64,000 nucleotides of DNA from Candidatus Sungiibacteriota bacterium (GTDB lineage: Bacteria; Patescibacteriota; Minisyncoccia; Sungbacterales; HO2-52-23): positions 60,342 to 124,341 of the forward strand of contig JACPBG010000002.1 in assembly GCA_016180435.1 (NCBI GenBank). Reading direction: 5' to 3'. The notes beneath the pieces were generated by a model. That model did not search any database and had not been told where the DNA came from. It saw nothing but the letters and a program-made list of their open reading frames with translations. This document shows positions 9,053 through 18,161 of the stretch, one piece after another (the first letter of the stretch is position 1; every line of letters begins with the position of its first letter). Both the position numbers and the translations under genes were made by a program.

Positions 9053-10675
9053 ATGTATAAAAAAGTACCCACCGATGGAATTCGGAAAAAATCAAAACCC
9101 AATCGGCTGGAATCAATTCCGGTAGAGGATCCGTTTGTGGAGCCGTCCACCGAGTTGATACCCGCCGCCGTGCAGGAAAAAATCCAAGAAGGAGCGGAAG
9201 CGCTGGAGCGTTTTATGCGTAGAAAAAGCATGCCCGCTGCAGATATGGAGAGGGCCGAAGAAGAGGAGAATTCGGTTGCTCCGGAAGAGAATCCATCCGA
9301 AGGGATGGAAACCGTTTCCTCGCCCGAAGGAGAAATTTTGATCATTGAACCGCCCCCTGATCAGATAACTGTTACGGATGAAGATCAAGACGGCTGGAGA
9401 AAAATGCAGGTGATTCGCGGCTGGCTCGCGCGTGTCGCTATTTTGGTTTCTAAAAAATTCTTTACGCGCAGAAACGCCGAACCGGAAGAATCCCGGCCGA
9501 GCAATTTTATTTCCCAGTCCCGTAAGATAATGAGCATTAAGGGCGGGATAATAACGGGATTGGGGGCGGTAATAATTATTTTTATTCTTTTGTCCACGGT
9601 TTTTGCGCGGCTTACGGTGCATATATCGCCGCGGGCGGAGCAGATAAATATTCGCGATGTAACGGCTCTTTTTGATGCGTCAGTAGTCAAGCTTATGCCC
9701 GAAAAAAAAGTTATTCCGGCCGAACGGCTTGAATTCACCCGGAATATTTCCAAGGAATTTGAAACAACCGGCAAGGAACTTGTGGAAGAACGCGCCCGAG
9801 GAAAAGTAAAAATTTATAATCGTTTCAGTTCCTCACCCCAAGGGCTTATCGCCAATACAAGATTTCTAACCGATTCCGGAGTTTTGTATCGATTATCTTC
9901 GGCAGTTATTATTCCGGGCGCTAAAATAGAGAATGGATCAATTGTTCCGCAATTTATTGAGGCCGAACTGCTGGCGGATAGTGCGGGTACGGAGGCTAAT
10001 TTGGATGGCGAGATCCGTCTAAATATACCTGCTTTTAAAGGGGGGCCGAAGTATGATGGATTTTATGCTATGGCATCTGCCGGATTTTCCGGGGGGTTTG
10101 AGGGAGAGGCGCGGGTCATTTCGAAAGAAGATCTTTCGGCGGCTGAGAAAGCCGTTACCAAGACCGTTTTTGATGAACTGCGTGATGAGATGAAGCGGAA
10201 AATTCCACCAGAATTTAAATCTGTTGAGGAGTTTTCCGAAACAGAAATTACGAAAGTTGTCTCGCCGCAGGCGCGTATGCGGACCGAGAAGTTCGTAGTG
10301 GAAGCATCTGCCCGCGGGCGCGTACTTATTTTCCGCGAGCGCGACGTCCGTGATTTGGTGCGTTTCATTGTTATCGGAGATGATGCCTCCAAAAAATTGG
10401 TGGATCAATCCGCAGAATTAAATTATAGGATTCGCAGCGGAGATTTGAAGTCCGGTCGGGTTGAAGCCGTAATAAACGGAAAGGTTCGAACGGAATTTAT
10501 CATTCCGCGGGAATCTCTTGTACAGGATTTTCTGGCTAAAAAAGAGGGGACTATCGCCGAAATAATGAAGTCCCGAGCCGATATCGCCGGATTCCGTATA
10601 TCAATTTTCCCGCCGTGGCGGGCCAGCGCTCCCGGTAATCCGGATAAAATAAAGTTGATCGTGGAGGGACAATAG
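9053..10675 (+). CDS. membrane-anchored hypothetical protein: acidic N-terminus, one TM helix, large C-terminal domain
   Basis: TM segment IITGLGAVIIIFILLSTVFA; no recognisable enzymatic motif. Sits where a divisome partner is expected, directly after ftsA. Confidence 0.45.
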   Translation: MYKKVPTDGIRKKSKPNRLESIPVEDPFVEPSTELIPAAVQEKIQEGAEALERFMRRKSMPAADMERAEEEENSVAPEENPSEGMETVSSPEGEILIIEPPPDQITVTDEDQDGWRKMQVIRGWLARVAILVSKKFFTRRNAEPEESRPSNFISQSRKIMSIKGGIITGLGAVIIIFILLSTVFARLTVHISPRAEQINIRDVTALFDASVVKLMPEKKVIPAERLEFTRNISKEFETTGKELVEERARGKVKIYNRFSSSPQGLIANTRFLTDSGVLYRLSSAVIIPGAKIENGSIVPQFIEAELLADSAGTEANLDGEIRLNIPAFKGGPKYDGFYAMASAGFSGGFEGEARVISKEDLSAAEKAVTKTVFDELRDEMKRKIPPEFKSVEEFSETEITKVVSPQARMRTEKFVVEASARGRVLIFRERDVRDLVRFIVIGDDASKKLVDQSAELNYRIRSGDLKSGRVEAVINGKVRTEFIIPRESLVQDFLAKKEGTIAEIMKSRADIAGFRISIFPPWRASAPGNPDKIKLIVEGQ

Positions 10676-10683
10676 TTTGCCGC

Positions 10684-10712
10684 TTGACCTCCTAATATTT
10701 ATTTGTTAATAT
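10684..10712 (+). promoter_or_regulatory. sigma-70-type promoter upstream of infA
   Basis: TTGACC, 17-bp spacer, TAATAT. Confidence 0.55.
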
Positions 10713-10736
10713 AGTTTATACGTTTTTATATACTGT

Positions 10737-10952
10737 ATGAAAAAAGAAAAAAATTATAAGGAGGGTATAGTCAATGAAAATTTACCGAACACGTTTTTTA
10801 AAGTTACGCTGGATGACGGCCGGGAAATTTTGGCCCACCTATCAGGAAAAATGCGCCTGAATTATATTAAAGTTCTTCCCGGGGACCGGGTGCGGATGGA
10901 AATGACGCCCTATGATGAGACTAAGGGGAGGATAGTACATCGCTTGAAATAA
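10737..10952 (+). CDS. infA: translation initiation factor IF-1
   Basis: [63 protein letters not shown]. Confidence 0.9.
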   Translation: MKKEKNYKEGIVNENLPNTFFKVTLDDGREILAHLSGKMRLNYIKVLPGDRVRMEMTPYDETKGRIVHRLK

Positions 10953-10957
10953 TTTCA

Positions 10958-11071
10958 ATTTCAGACACGACTCAACCGCTCCGGCGGCGGTCTCGCTAAG
11001 GGTCGGACAAATTTTCGTCCCGATTGCGATCGGGATGATCCAAGCAAATTTGTCCTCCCATTGTCTGAAAT
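10958..11071 (+). repeat. repeat family A copy 1: ~115-nt structured element with terminal TTTCAGACACG...CATTGTCTGAAA and conserved CTAAGGGTCGG core
   Basis: Near-identical to 14068..14181; 23851..23956 is a diverged copy with compensatory changes; degenerate copies near 30228, 30975 and 34295. Confidence 0.7.
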
Positions 11072-11106
11072 TTAAATTATTTCCTCGCTTATTTTTTAAA
11101 AAATGT

Positions 11107-11223
11107 ATGAAGGTACAAGCTTCCGTAAAACCAAGATGCGCCAAGTGTAAGACGGTCCGACGGAAAGGTCGGCTGTTTGTTATATGCCGCGTAAATAAGA
11201 AGCATAAGCAGAGGCAGGGATAA
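11107..11223 (+). CDS. rpmJ: 50S ribosomal protein L36
   Basis: [38 protein letters not shown]. Confidence 0.85.
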   Translation: MKVQASVKPRCAKCKTVRRKGRLFVICRVNKKHKQRQG

Positions 11224-11243
11224 GGCTCTTACGAGCCAGCATC

Positions 11244-11307
11244 AAGAACTAAGATTTTAGAACTTAGCAAATTTTCTAAGTTCTAAGTTCTGGGTTCTAA
11301 GTTCTAT
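11244..11307. repeat. TAGAAC-family palindromic element, intergenic copy between rpmJ and rpsM
   Basis: atcaagaactaagattttagaacttagc...ttctaagttctaagttctgggttctaagttctat. Confidence 0.7.
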
Positions 11308-11309
11308 TT

Positions 11310-11696
11310 GTGAGAATTGTAGGTATTAACATTCCGGATAATAAAAAAATAGAATTTGCCCTCCCGTATATTTACGGGGTTGGTTTGCCGGCTGCGCGTA
11401 AAATTCTGCGCTCGTCCCAGGTTGATCCGCAAAAAACCGCAAAAGATCTGACTCCGCCGGAGATAAACCGCATTCGCGAGATTATTGAGCGAAATTATAA
11501 AATCGAGGGTGACTTGCGCCGCGATATCATGTTAAATATCAAGCGCTTGAAGGAGATTCAAACTTATCGCGGGGCGCGCCATATCCGCGGGCTCCCGGTA
11601 AGAGGCCAGCGAACCAAAACAAATTCCAGGACGCGCCGCGGCAATGTGCGTAAAACCATGGGATCGGGAAGAAAACCAGCAGCAAGCCCCACTTAA
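11310..11696 (+). CDS. rpsM: 30S ribosomal protein S13 (GTG start)
   Basis: MRIVGINIPDNKKIEFALPYIYGVGL...YRGARHIRGLPVRGQRTKTNSRTRRG. Confidence 0.9.
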   Translation: MRIVGINIPDNKKIEFALPYIYGVGLPAARKILRSSQVDPQKTAKDLTPPEINRIREIIERNYKIEGDLRRDIMLNIKRLKEIQTYRGARHIRGLPVRGQRTKTNSRTRRGNVRKTMGSGRKPAASPT

Positions 11697-11699
11697 AAT

Positions 11700-11786
11700 A
11701 AAGCACTTAGAACTTAGAACCTAGAACTTAGTAAATCTGCTAAGATCTAAGTTCTTGAATGCTAAGTTCTATGTTGCGAAGCAACA
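11700..11786. repeat. TAGAAC-family palindromic element plus mini-hairpin ATGTTGCGAAGCAACAT abutting the rpsK start
   Basis: aaagcacttagaacttagaacctagaacttag...ctaagatctaagttcttgaatgctaagttctatgttgcgaagcaacat; begins right after the rpsM stop. Confidence 0.7.
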
Positions 11787-12230
11787 TTGGGTAAAAAGCG
11801 TATCATAACTAAATCTACCGAGTCATCCGAATCGAAAAAATCCGATAGCCAGCCGCCAGCCGGAATTTCGGTAACGCGGCGTGGCATACTGCGCGGTTGC
11901 GCTTATATTCAGGCAACTTATAATAACACCATTATTACCATAACCGACGAAAAGGGCGGCGTGATAGCGTGGTCTTCGGCCGGGTCCGTTGGATTTTCGG
12001 GAACCAAGAAAGCCACTCCGTTTGCAGCAGCGCGAGTCGCGGAATTCCTTGCTGAAAAAATGCGTAAAGCCGGTATTCAGGAGCTTATGGTTTTTGTAAA
12101 AGGGGTTGGATCAGGGCGTGATTCGGCGATTCGTGCGCTTGCCAATCAGGGGTTTGCCATTTCGCGCATCAAAGATATTACCCCCATCCCGCATAACGGG
12201 CCGAGACCCAGGAAACCAAGAAGAGTATAA
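11787..12230 (+). CDS. rpsK: 30S ribosomal protein S11 (TTG start)
   Basis: [50 protein letters not shown]... Confidence 0.9.
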   Translation: MGKKRIITKSTESSESKKSDSQPPAGISVTRRGILRGCAYIQATYNNTIITITDEKGGVIAWSSAGSVGFSGTKKATPFAAARVAEFLAEKMRKAGIQELMVFVKGVGSGRDSAIRALANQGFAISRIKDITPIPHNGPRPRKPRRV

Positions 12231-12323
12231 AGCACTTAGAACTTAGAACCTAGAACTTAGAATTTATAATTAAAGTATTTACTAAGTTCTAAATACTAAG
12301 ATCTAAGTTCTTTTGCGAAGCAA
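12231..12323. repeat. TAGAAC-family palindromic element plus mini-hairpin TTTTGCGAAGCAAA immediately 5' of the rpsD ATG
   Basis: agcacttagaacttagaacctagaacttagaattt...actaagttctaaatactaagatctaagttcttttgcgaagcaaATG. Confidence 0.7.
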
Positions 12324-12944
12324 ATGCCAAAGGTATTAGAAAAAGTAGAAAGGCGTCTTGGCGAAAAACTCTTTTTAAAAGGGGATCGTTGCGCTGGGCC
12401 GAAGTGCGCGGCAGTTCGCCATCCGAGTCCTCCGGGGATTCACGGCAAAACCCGCCGTCGCGCTCCTTCGGAATTCGGACAATATCTGCAGGGAAAACAA
12501 AAGGTTCGTTTTCTGTACGGTCTTGACGATCGTGATTTAAATCGGTATGCTAAGAAAGCCGAATCAATGCGCGGCGCATTTGCCGCGAAATTTTTGCAAT
12601 TACTTGAGCGGCGTCTTGATAACGTGGTGTTTCGTTTGGGATTTACCGGGTCGCGCCGGTCAGCGCGCCAAGCCGTATCACACGGCCATATTAGGGTGAA
12701 TGGCCGGCGTGTCAGTGTGCCGTCGTATCAGGTTAAAATCGGTGAAGTTGTTTCCATAAATCCCGGCGCCCGGCAAAGTTCTCATTTTGCCGATTTGGAA
12801 CATCGCTTGAAAAAGTATACTCCGCCCGTTTGGCTCGCTTTGGAAAAGGATCAAGTTGCGGGCAAGGTTGTCGGGTCCGCCGAATCAGATATGTCCGGAA
12901 CGTCCGGCGAACTTATAAAAATAAAAGAGTTTTATTCGAGATAA
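12324..12944 (+). CDS. rpsD: 30S ribosomal protein S4
   Basis: MPKVLEKVERRLGEKLFLKGDRCAGPKCA...VVFRLGFTGSRRSARQAVSHGHIRVNGRRVSVPSYQVK. Confidence 0.9.
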   Translation: MPKVLEKVERRLGEKLFLKGDRCAGPKCAAVRHPSPPGIHGKTRRRAPSEFGQYLQGKQKVRFLYGLDDRDLNRYAKKAESMRGAFAAKFLQLLERRLDNVVFRLGFTGSRRSARQAVSHGHIRVNGRRVSVPSYQVKIGEVVSINPGARQSSHFADLEHRLKKYTPPVWLALEKDQVAGKVVGSAESDMSGTSGELIKIKEFYSR

Positions 12945-12950
12945 ACACTA

Positions 12951-13074
12951 GACAGTGATGCCAATCCGATGCGAATTTAATGCCAATTTGGCGAATTGCG
13001 AATGAATTTAAAGATTAGCAATTTGTAGATTAGCATTTTATTTGTAGATTTGCATCATTGCGTGCGAAGCATAT
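12951..13074 (+). repeat. repeat family B copy 1: conserved ~120-bp leader upstream of rpoA
   Basis: gtgatgccaatccgatgcgaatttaatgccaa...ggcgaattgcgaat...agcaatttgtagattagcat...tttgtagatttgcatcattgcgtgcgaagca; second copy at 29548..29671 ends the same way before the frr ATG. Confidence 0.7.
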
Positions 13075-14043
13075 ATGAGTATTCCACTTCCTTTAGCACC
13101 GAAGGCCGTTAGCGAAGAAGGAAATCGCGCTGTTTTTGATATAGAGGGGCTTTATCCGGGTTACGGCCATACCATCGGCAACAGTATGCGCCGCGTTTTA
13201 TTGTCATCTTTGCGTGGCGCGGCTATAACGTCCGTAAAAATAGAAGGCGTTTCCCACGAATTTTCTACTATAGAAGGAATTATGGAAGATGCGGTGGAGA
13301 TCATTCTAAACTTGAAACAGCTTCGTTTTCGCTTATATCAGGAAGAACCGGTCATGATCTCTCTTTCGGTTAAAGGCGAGCGGGAAGTAATCGGCAAGGA
13401 CTTTAAACTCCCGTCACAGGTGGAATTAATCAATCCGGATTTGCATATAGCGACTATTTCGTCCAAAAAATCCGGTTTGAGCATGGAGGCCACTGTGGAG
13501 GCGGGCATGGGTTACATTCCGGTGGAGGAGCGCACCAAGGAAAAAGTTGAAATAGGCGTGATCGCTTTAGATGCCGCATTTTCTCCGGTTCGCTATGTAA
13601 ATTATGATGTAGAGAATATGCGAGTCGGAGATCGCACCGATTATAATCGTCTGCGCCTTACCGTTGAGACTGATGGCTCGATTACTCCGCGTGAGGCATT
13701 TTTGCAGGCGGCCAGTATATTGGTTGAACAATTTTCCGTTCTAATCAAGGAAATGGAATCAAGTTCGGTAGAAATTGCACCTTCCGAAGAATATGCGCGG
13801 GGCGTATCCGAAGAGGCGGAAAAATCCGCCGGAGGCGAGGAGGATACATCCAAAATGAAGCTGGATGATCTGAAGTTATCCGGGCGCACCTTGAATATTC
13901 TGAAAGAATCCGGTATCAAGACCGTGGGAGGCCTTTCGCGTAAAAAAGAATCGGCGCTTCGGGAACTTGAAGGGATGGGGGATAAAGGGATGCAGGAAAT
14001 AAAGAAAGCGCTTGGAAATTTTGGAATTACTTTGAAGCCGTAA
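13075..14043 (+). CDS. rpoA: DNA-directed RNA polymerase subunit alpha
   Basis: LYPGYGHTIGNSMRRVLLSSLRGAAITSVKIEGVSHEFSTIEGIMEDAVEIILNLKQ; C-terminal domain present. Confidence 0.9.
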   Translation: MSIPLPLAPKAVSEEGNRAVFDIEGLYPGYGHTIGNSMRRVLLSSLRGAAITSVKIEGVSHEFSTIEGIMEDAVEIILNLKQLRFRLYQEEPVMISLSVKGEREVIGKDFKLPSQVELINPDLHIATISSKKSGLSMEATVEAGMGYIPVEERTKEKVEIGVIALDAAFSPVRYVNYDVENMRVGDRTDYNRLRLTVETDGSITPREAFLQAASILVEQFSVLIKEMESSSVEIAPSEEYARGVSEEAEKSAGGEEDTSKMKLDDLKLSGRTLNILKESGIKTVGGLSRKKESALRELEGMGDKGMQEIKKALGNFGITLKP

Positions 14044-14067
14044 TATTATAAATCTTCGGCTAATTTG

Positions 14068-14181
14068 ATTTCAGACACGACTCGGCGGCTCCGGCGGCCG
14101 CCTCGCTAAGGGTCGGACAAATTTTCGTCCCGATTGCGATCGGGACGATCCGAGCAAATTTGTCCTCCCATTGTCTGAAAT
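14068..14181 (+). repeat. repeat family A copy 2, upstream of rplQ
   Basis: tttcagacacgactcggcggctccggcggccgcctcgctaagggtcggacaaattttcgtcccgattgcgatcgggacgatccgagcaaatttgtcctcccattgtctgaaa. Confidence 0.7.
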
Positions 14182-14250
14182 CAAAATAGCCTCGATTTAA
14201 TCCAAGCTAATTACGAATTCTAAAATTTCCAACGCTAACGATGAAAAAAT

Positions 14251-14595
14251 ATGAGGAAGTTGAAAAAAGGGAGAAAATTTGGGAGAGAACGGGATCAAAG
14301 GAGGGCGTTACTTAAAAGTCTCGCCTCCTCATTTTTTATTGCGGGACGAATGAAAACAACGGAAGCCAAAGCCAAAGAACTCCGCCCGTATGTCGAGAAA
14401 TTCATTACCCGAGCCAAGGATCCGACACTCGCAAATCGAAGATTCATGCTGCGTTTTTTTTCGAGCGCAATTGTTGATAAAATTATTAAGCGTGGTGAGG
14501 AAATGCGTGAGAGAGCCGGAGGATATACCAGGGTTATTAAATTGGGACAGAGAAAACGAGATAGCGCGAGGATGGCGATATTGGAATTTGTTTAA
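14251..14595 (+). CDS. rplQ: 50S ribosomal protein L17
   Basis: RKFGRERDQRRALLKSLASSFFIAGRMKTTEAKAKELRPYVEKFITRAK. Confidence 0.9.
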   Translation: MRKLKKGRKFGRERDQRRALLKSLASSFFIAGRMKTTEAKAKELRPYVEKFITRAKDPTLANRRFMLRFFSSAIVDKIIKRGEEMRERAGGYTRVIKLGQRKRDSARMAILEFV

Positions 14596-14667
14596 AGAAC
14601 TTAGAACTTAGAACTTAGAACTTAGATATCTACTAAGTTTTAAATGCTAAGTTCTAAATGCTATGCG
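14596..14667. repeat. TAGAAC-family palindromic element plus mini-hairpin TGCGATGGAGCATCGCA spanning the rplM start
   Basis: aaagaacttagaacttagaacttagaacttagatatctactaagttttaaatgctaagttctaaatgctatgcgatggagcatcgca. Confidence 0.7.
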
Positions 14668-15009
14668 ATGGAGCATCGCATTGATGCAGCTAATCAAATA
14701 CTCGGACGTCTGGCAACTCGCGTTGCGGTTCTTTTGCGCGGTAAAGATCGGCCTGATTTTGATCCGGCGCGTTTTTCCGATAACAAGGTGGCGGTTCATA
14801 ATACCGATAAAATGCGCGTGACCGGAAAGAAGATGCCGCAAAAAAAATATCGGCGGCATTCCGGTTACCCCGGCGGCTTGAAAGAAGAAGCGCTTGAGCG
14901 CCTTTTCGCACGCGACTCGCGTGAGGTTTTGCGCCGCGCGGTTTTAGGGATGCTCCCGAAAAATCGCCTGCGCAGTAGATGGATAAAGAATCTGATACTA
15001 CGTAAATAA
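14668..15009 (+). CDS. rplM: 50S ribosomal protein L13
   Basis: HRIDAANQILGRLATRVAVLLRGKDRPDFDPARFSDNKVAVHNTDKMRVTGKKMPQKKYRRHSGYPGGLKEE. Start taken at ATG 14668 inside the hairpin; the ORF track starts at 14644. Confidence 0.85.
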   Translation: MEHRIDAANQILGRLATRVAVLLRGKDRPDFDPARFSDNKVAVHNTDKMRVTGKKMPQKKYRRHSGYPGGLKEEALERLFARDSREVLRRAVLGMLPKNRLRSRWIKNLILRK

Positions 15010-15026
15010 CAAATGGTAAATGGCAG

Positions 15027-15061
15027 ACAACTAACAACTAACAACTAACAACTAACAACTT
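15027..15061. repeat. tandem heptamer (ACAACTA/CAACTAA) x ~4.5 directly upstream of rpsI
   Basis: acaactaacaactaacaactaacaactaacaact. Confidence 0.8.
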
Positions 15062-15066
15062 AGGGT

Positions 15067-15666
15067 ATGCCAAAGGCAATTAAGAAAAAAATAGAAAGTA
15101 AGCCCGTGGAAAAAGAAGCGGAAACGCCGAAAAAGAAAGTTGAAGAAAAAGAAAATAAGATTAAAACCGCGGTGAAAGTAAAAAAACCTTCTAAACAGGG
15201 GGCAGAAGTTCCGGCACAAGAAATCTCGTCAGGATTCTCGGAACATAAAACGGATAAAGCAGAAAAGCCCAAAAAACCGGAGCGTTATTTTGAGGCGGTG
15301 GGCAGAAGAAAAACCGCAGTGGCTCGCGTGCGGTTATTTACCCGGCCCGGGGACTTTACGGTAAATGGCAGGTTATACAGTTTATATTTTCCGACTTTAA
15401 CGCTCCAGCAAATTATTGAGGATTCGTTGAAGAAAATGAAGCTTTTGGGAAGATTCAGGGTGTCAATTAAGGTCTCCGGCGGAGGAACTCATGCCCAAGC
15501 CGAGGCCATTCGCCACGGACTCGCGCGCTGTTTGGTTAAATTCAATCCGGATTTTCGCAAGCGTTTGCGACGTGCCGGATACATTACACGCGACCCACGC
15601 GCCAAAGAAAGGAAGAAATTCGGCTTGAAAAAGGCGCGTAAAGCTCCGCAGTGGGCGAAGCGGTAA
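15067..15666 (+). CDS. rpsI: 30S ribosomal protein S9 with ~75-aa Lys/Glu-rich N-terminal extension
   Basis: C-terminal YFEAVGRRKTAVARVRLF...GGGTHAQAEAIRHGLARCL...RDPRAKERKKFGLKKARKAPQWAKR is canonical S9; N-terminus MPKAIKKKIESKPVEKEAETPKKKVEEKENK... is low-complexity. Confidence 0.85.
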   Translation: MPKAIKKKIESKPVEKEAETPKKKVEEKENKIKTAVKVKKPSKQGAEVPAQEISSGFSEHKTDKAEKPKKPERYFEAVGRRKTAVARVRLFTRPGDFTVNGRLYSLYFPTLTLQQIIEDSLKKMKLLGRFRVSIKVSGGGTHAQAEAIRHGLARCLVKFNPDFRKRLRRAGYITRDPRAKERKKFGLKKARKAPQWAKR

Positions 15667-15810
15667 TTGCGCTCCCCAGACACGCTGTCTGCATCAATGT
15701 TTATGAGGATTTTTGAAAAACACGGGTTCACGACAAAAGTATGAGAAGCGCACAAATAGCACCGCATACGCGGCGTCTTCAGGGATTTGAAAATAACTGA
15801 ATTTGAACAA

Positions 15811-15836
15811 TAGCCGCGATGACCGCGGCTATTGTG
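15811..15836 (+). terminator. hairpin, candidate terminator or boundary of the r-protein transcription unit
   Basis: aatagccgcgatgaccgcggctattg. Confidence 0.4.
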
Positions 15837-15897
15837 TTATTATTACTTCTATGTTACTATTATTTCGGTTCATTTTCATAAATTATGGAGGAAGCAA

Positions 15898-16932
15898 ATG
15901 AGTGATAGGAAAGCACCGTATGACACCAATGAAGGAATTCAGCGTGCCGTCAAAACGTTGCATAAACTTAACGAGTTGGTGGCGAATCGCCATAGGGCTG
16001 GGTATGAAAGACATGAACGACTCAAGGAATTCTATGTCCTTGGACGGTGGCGTACTGACTCTTGTGGCAATTTTGGAAAGATCATCTCTGAGTTTATCCC
16101 GAAATTAAAGTTCCCCCAGATCCCCGACGTTTTAACCAACGAAGAGTTTTGGGCATTCTTGGGGGCGCAAGGGCTTGATGTTGAGAAAACCTTTGTTTCA
16201 AGCGGAATGTCGAACGACCTACCGCCTGATGACATCGTATGTTGTGTTTGCCAGCAGTCGTGGACTATTGAAAATTGCCATGACGTAGTTATCACCCATC
16301 AGCATCAGGATTTTTCATTGTCAGAGTTCGTTGGGAGACAGCTTTGGGAGGTACAACGGGTATACGGTATGCGAATTGATGCTTGCTACCGTATGCAGCC
16401 AGACATTCTTATTCGTAACGATCGATTCATTGATCTACGTCCGGAGCCAGAATTTGAAACGCTCAAAAGGAATGAGCATGGATGGGTGGGCAAAGAAGAT
16501 GGAGTTACGGAAAACTATGTGATTCAGTCAGGTGATGATGGGTTTTTCAACGTCTGGCATTTTCATCATCATGCGTGTAGTCGGAAAAAGCTCGAAGCTG
16601 ATATGCGGCAGCAATTCCGTGATGTACTCACAAAAGCGGGTTTTGCTAACACAATCCTCAAGTCAATTCCGAATCAGTATTGCCCATGTGAGCATTGTGC
16701 TCCGTGGTTCGTGGTACGGACTGAACATGGTACATTTACGATCGGATGGCGAAAGCGCGTCATCAATATCGATTGGAAGGCGACTGGTAAGAACTTTCTG
16801 CCGCTTTTCGACGATCAGGACGTTACGAAAGACAACCACTTGATTCATGCATGGGGTTACGAAAAAGCTACTGAATATTTTACGAGGATTAAGGGGTTTC
16901 TCATTCAGTCCGAGGCGTTAACTCAACGTTAA
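15898..16932 (+). CDS. Cys/His-rich hypothetical protein, putative metal-binding, unknown function
   Basis: ORF 15832..16932; start taken at ATG 15898 behind GGAGGAAGC. Contains CCVCQQSW, HQHQD, WHFHHHACSRKK and CPCEHCAPW. Codon usage unlike neighbouring core genes. Confidence 0.5.
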   Translation: MSDRKAPYDTNEGIQRAVKTLHKLNELVANRHRAGYERHERLKEFYVLGRWRTDSCGNFGKIISEFIPKLKFPQIPDVLTNEEFWAFLGAQGLDVEKTFVSSGMSNDLPPDDIVCCVCQQSWTIENCHDVVITHQHQDFSLSEFVGRQLWEVQRVYGMRIDACYRMQPDILIRNDRFIDLRPEPEFETLKRNEHGWVGKEDGVTENYVIQSGDDGFFNVWHFHHHACSRKKLEADMRQQFRDVLTKAGFANTILKSIPNQYCPCEHCAPWFVVRTEHGTFTIGWRKRVINIDWKATGKNFLPLFDDQDVTKDNHLIHAWGYEKATEYFTRIKGFLIQSEALTQR

Positions 16933-16938
16933 ACAAGA

Positions 16939-16967
16939 CTGCCTGGCTCTGCCAGCAGTTTTTATTT
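16939..16967 (+). terminator. rho-independent terminator after the Cys/His-rich gene
   Basis: ctgcctggctctgccagcag followed by tttttatttt. Confidence 0.7.
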
Positions 16968-17136
16968 TCAAAAACCTAAAGTCCACCACGCCTCAAAGCA
17001 TTGCAGTGGGCGAAGAGATAGACTAGCTTTCGTATGTTGACCCCAAAGACCGAACTAAAAAGTTTGGTCTTTTGGGTGAGGGGTAGGCGGGGAAGACCGA
17101 AATATTCTTGAGTCTTGGGTGGGGAAAAGCCCCTAC

Positions 17137-17193
17137 TTGACAAATTACCGGGATTCCCGGTAAGATTAATTTAATATCTAATTCCCGGTATTT
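17137..17193 (+). promoter_or_regulatory. candidate promoter with operator-like palindrome upstream of the GHKL ATPase gene
   Basis: TTGACA (17137-17142); palindrome ACCGGGATTCCCGGT in the spacer; half-site ATTCCCGGTA repeated at 17181-17190 just before ATG 17194. Confidence 0.45.
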
Positions 17194-18156
17194 ATGAAAA
17201 TATATCTTCCCCATAGTGCATTTTTAGGGAATATTGATCCATTCCTGGCGGCCTTTGACCCTAGCCATAAGGAAAAGCTCGAAATTACCGCTAATAAAAA
17301 TTGGATTTTTGTTCACCCCGTTGTATTAGCAATGGTAGCGGCGTTAGGTTTAACAGTTTATCGAAAAAATATTAAATGTGAAAAGATAGTGGCACGTTCG
17401 GGTCACTACCTTGAAAGGATGGGTTTATTCAAATTTCTTGATATTAAATCAGGGATGAAGATAACCGAACACGATCCATCGGGGCGATTCGTTCCACTAA
17501 CACAGATAAAAACCTCTGAACAACTCACAAAGTTTCTAACCGAAATGATTCCACTGCTTCATTTAGAACCTCGACATGCCGAACCAATCAAATATATTAT
17601 TAGTGAATTGGTGAGAAACGTGTTAGAGCACGCTCGTGCACCACAAGGAGCTATCGTATCTGCTCAATATCATGCAAAAAATAAAACAATTCGCATAGGA
17701 ATAGTTGATCGTGGTAGTGGTATAAAAAGCACAATTAATCAATCATGGGATGCAAGTAATGATCTTGAGGCTATTAAGTTGGCACTTATGCCGGGAGTTA
17801 CAGGAACTACAAAAAGAGAAGGCGGAACAGAACAAAATGCTGGAGCAGGTTTATTTTTTATTAAATCAATTGCTTATGTGAATCGTAATTTTTTTATGAT
17901 CTATAGCGGAAACGCAATGTATAAACTTCTGAAAAGAAGTGGCGCTAAAAAAATTATGCTTCATGCTAACCCCAATCTTGACAGACACTCAGAAAGAAAT
18001 AACTTACCTTATTGGGATGGTACGGCGGTGGGTGTAGATATTTCTTTAGATACTACACAAGAATTTACTGCACTTCTTGATCTTATAAGAGATACTTACT
18101 CGGAGGCAGTTAAAGAGCGTAAGCGTAATAGATATAAAAGGGCTAAATTTATTTAA
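17194..18156 (+). CDS. GHKL-superfamily (histidine-kinase-like / RsbW-like) ATP-binding protein with ~110-aa N-terminal domain of unknown function
   Basis: N-box ELVRNVLEHA, G1 IGIVDRGSGI, G2 GAGLFFIKS. Low GC (~37%) versus ~48% in flanks. Confidence 0.6.
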   Translation: MKIYLPHSAFLGNIDPFLAAFDPSHKEKLEITANKNWIFVHPVVLAMVAALGLTVYRKNIKCEKIVARSGHYLERMGLFKFLDIKSGMKITEHDPSGRFVPLTQIKTSEQLTKFLTEMIPLLHLEPRHAEPIKYIISELVRNVLEHARAPQGAIVSAQYHAKNKTIRIGIVDRGSGIKSTINQSWDASNDLEAIKLALMPGVTGTTKREGGTEQNAGAGLFFIKSIAYVNRNFFMIYSGNAMYKLLKRSGAKKIMLHANPNLDRHSERNNLPYWDGTAVGVDISLDTTQEFTALLDLIRDTYSEAVKERKRNRYKRAKFI

Positions 18157-18161
18157 ATATT

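Noticed and set aside
9053-10675. FtsZ, suggested by its position directly after ftsA
   Set aside because: It lacks the tubulin GGGTGTG signature and carries a TM helix instead. Called a membrane-anchored hypothetical protein.
11244-14667. CRISPR array, suggested by repeated TTAGAAC units clustered around the r-protein genes
   Set aside because: Units are 7-8 bp tandem or palindromic with no repeat-spacer periodicity. Copies are dispersed, including inside ORFs, and there are no cas genes. These are REP/MITE-like palindromes.
15832-15897. Upstream start MCYYYFYVTIISVHF for the Cys/His-rich gene
   Set aside because: It has no RBS and overlaps the boundary hairpin. ATG 15898 is preceded by GGAGGAAGC at good spacing.
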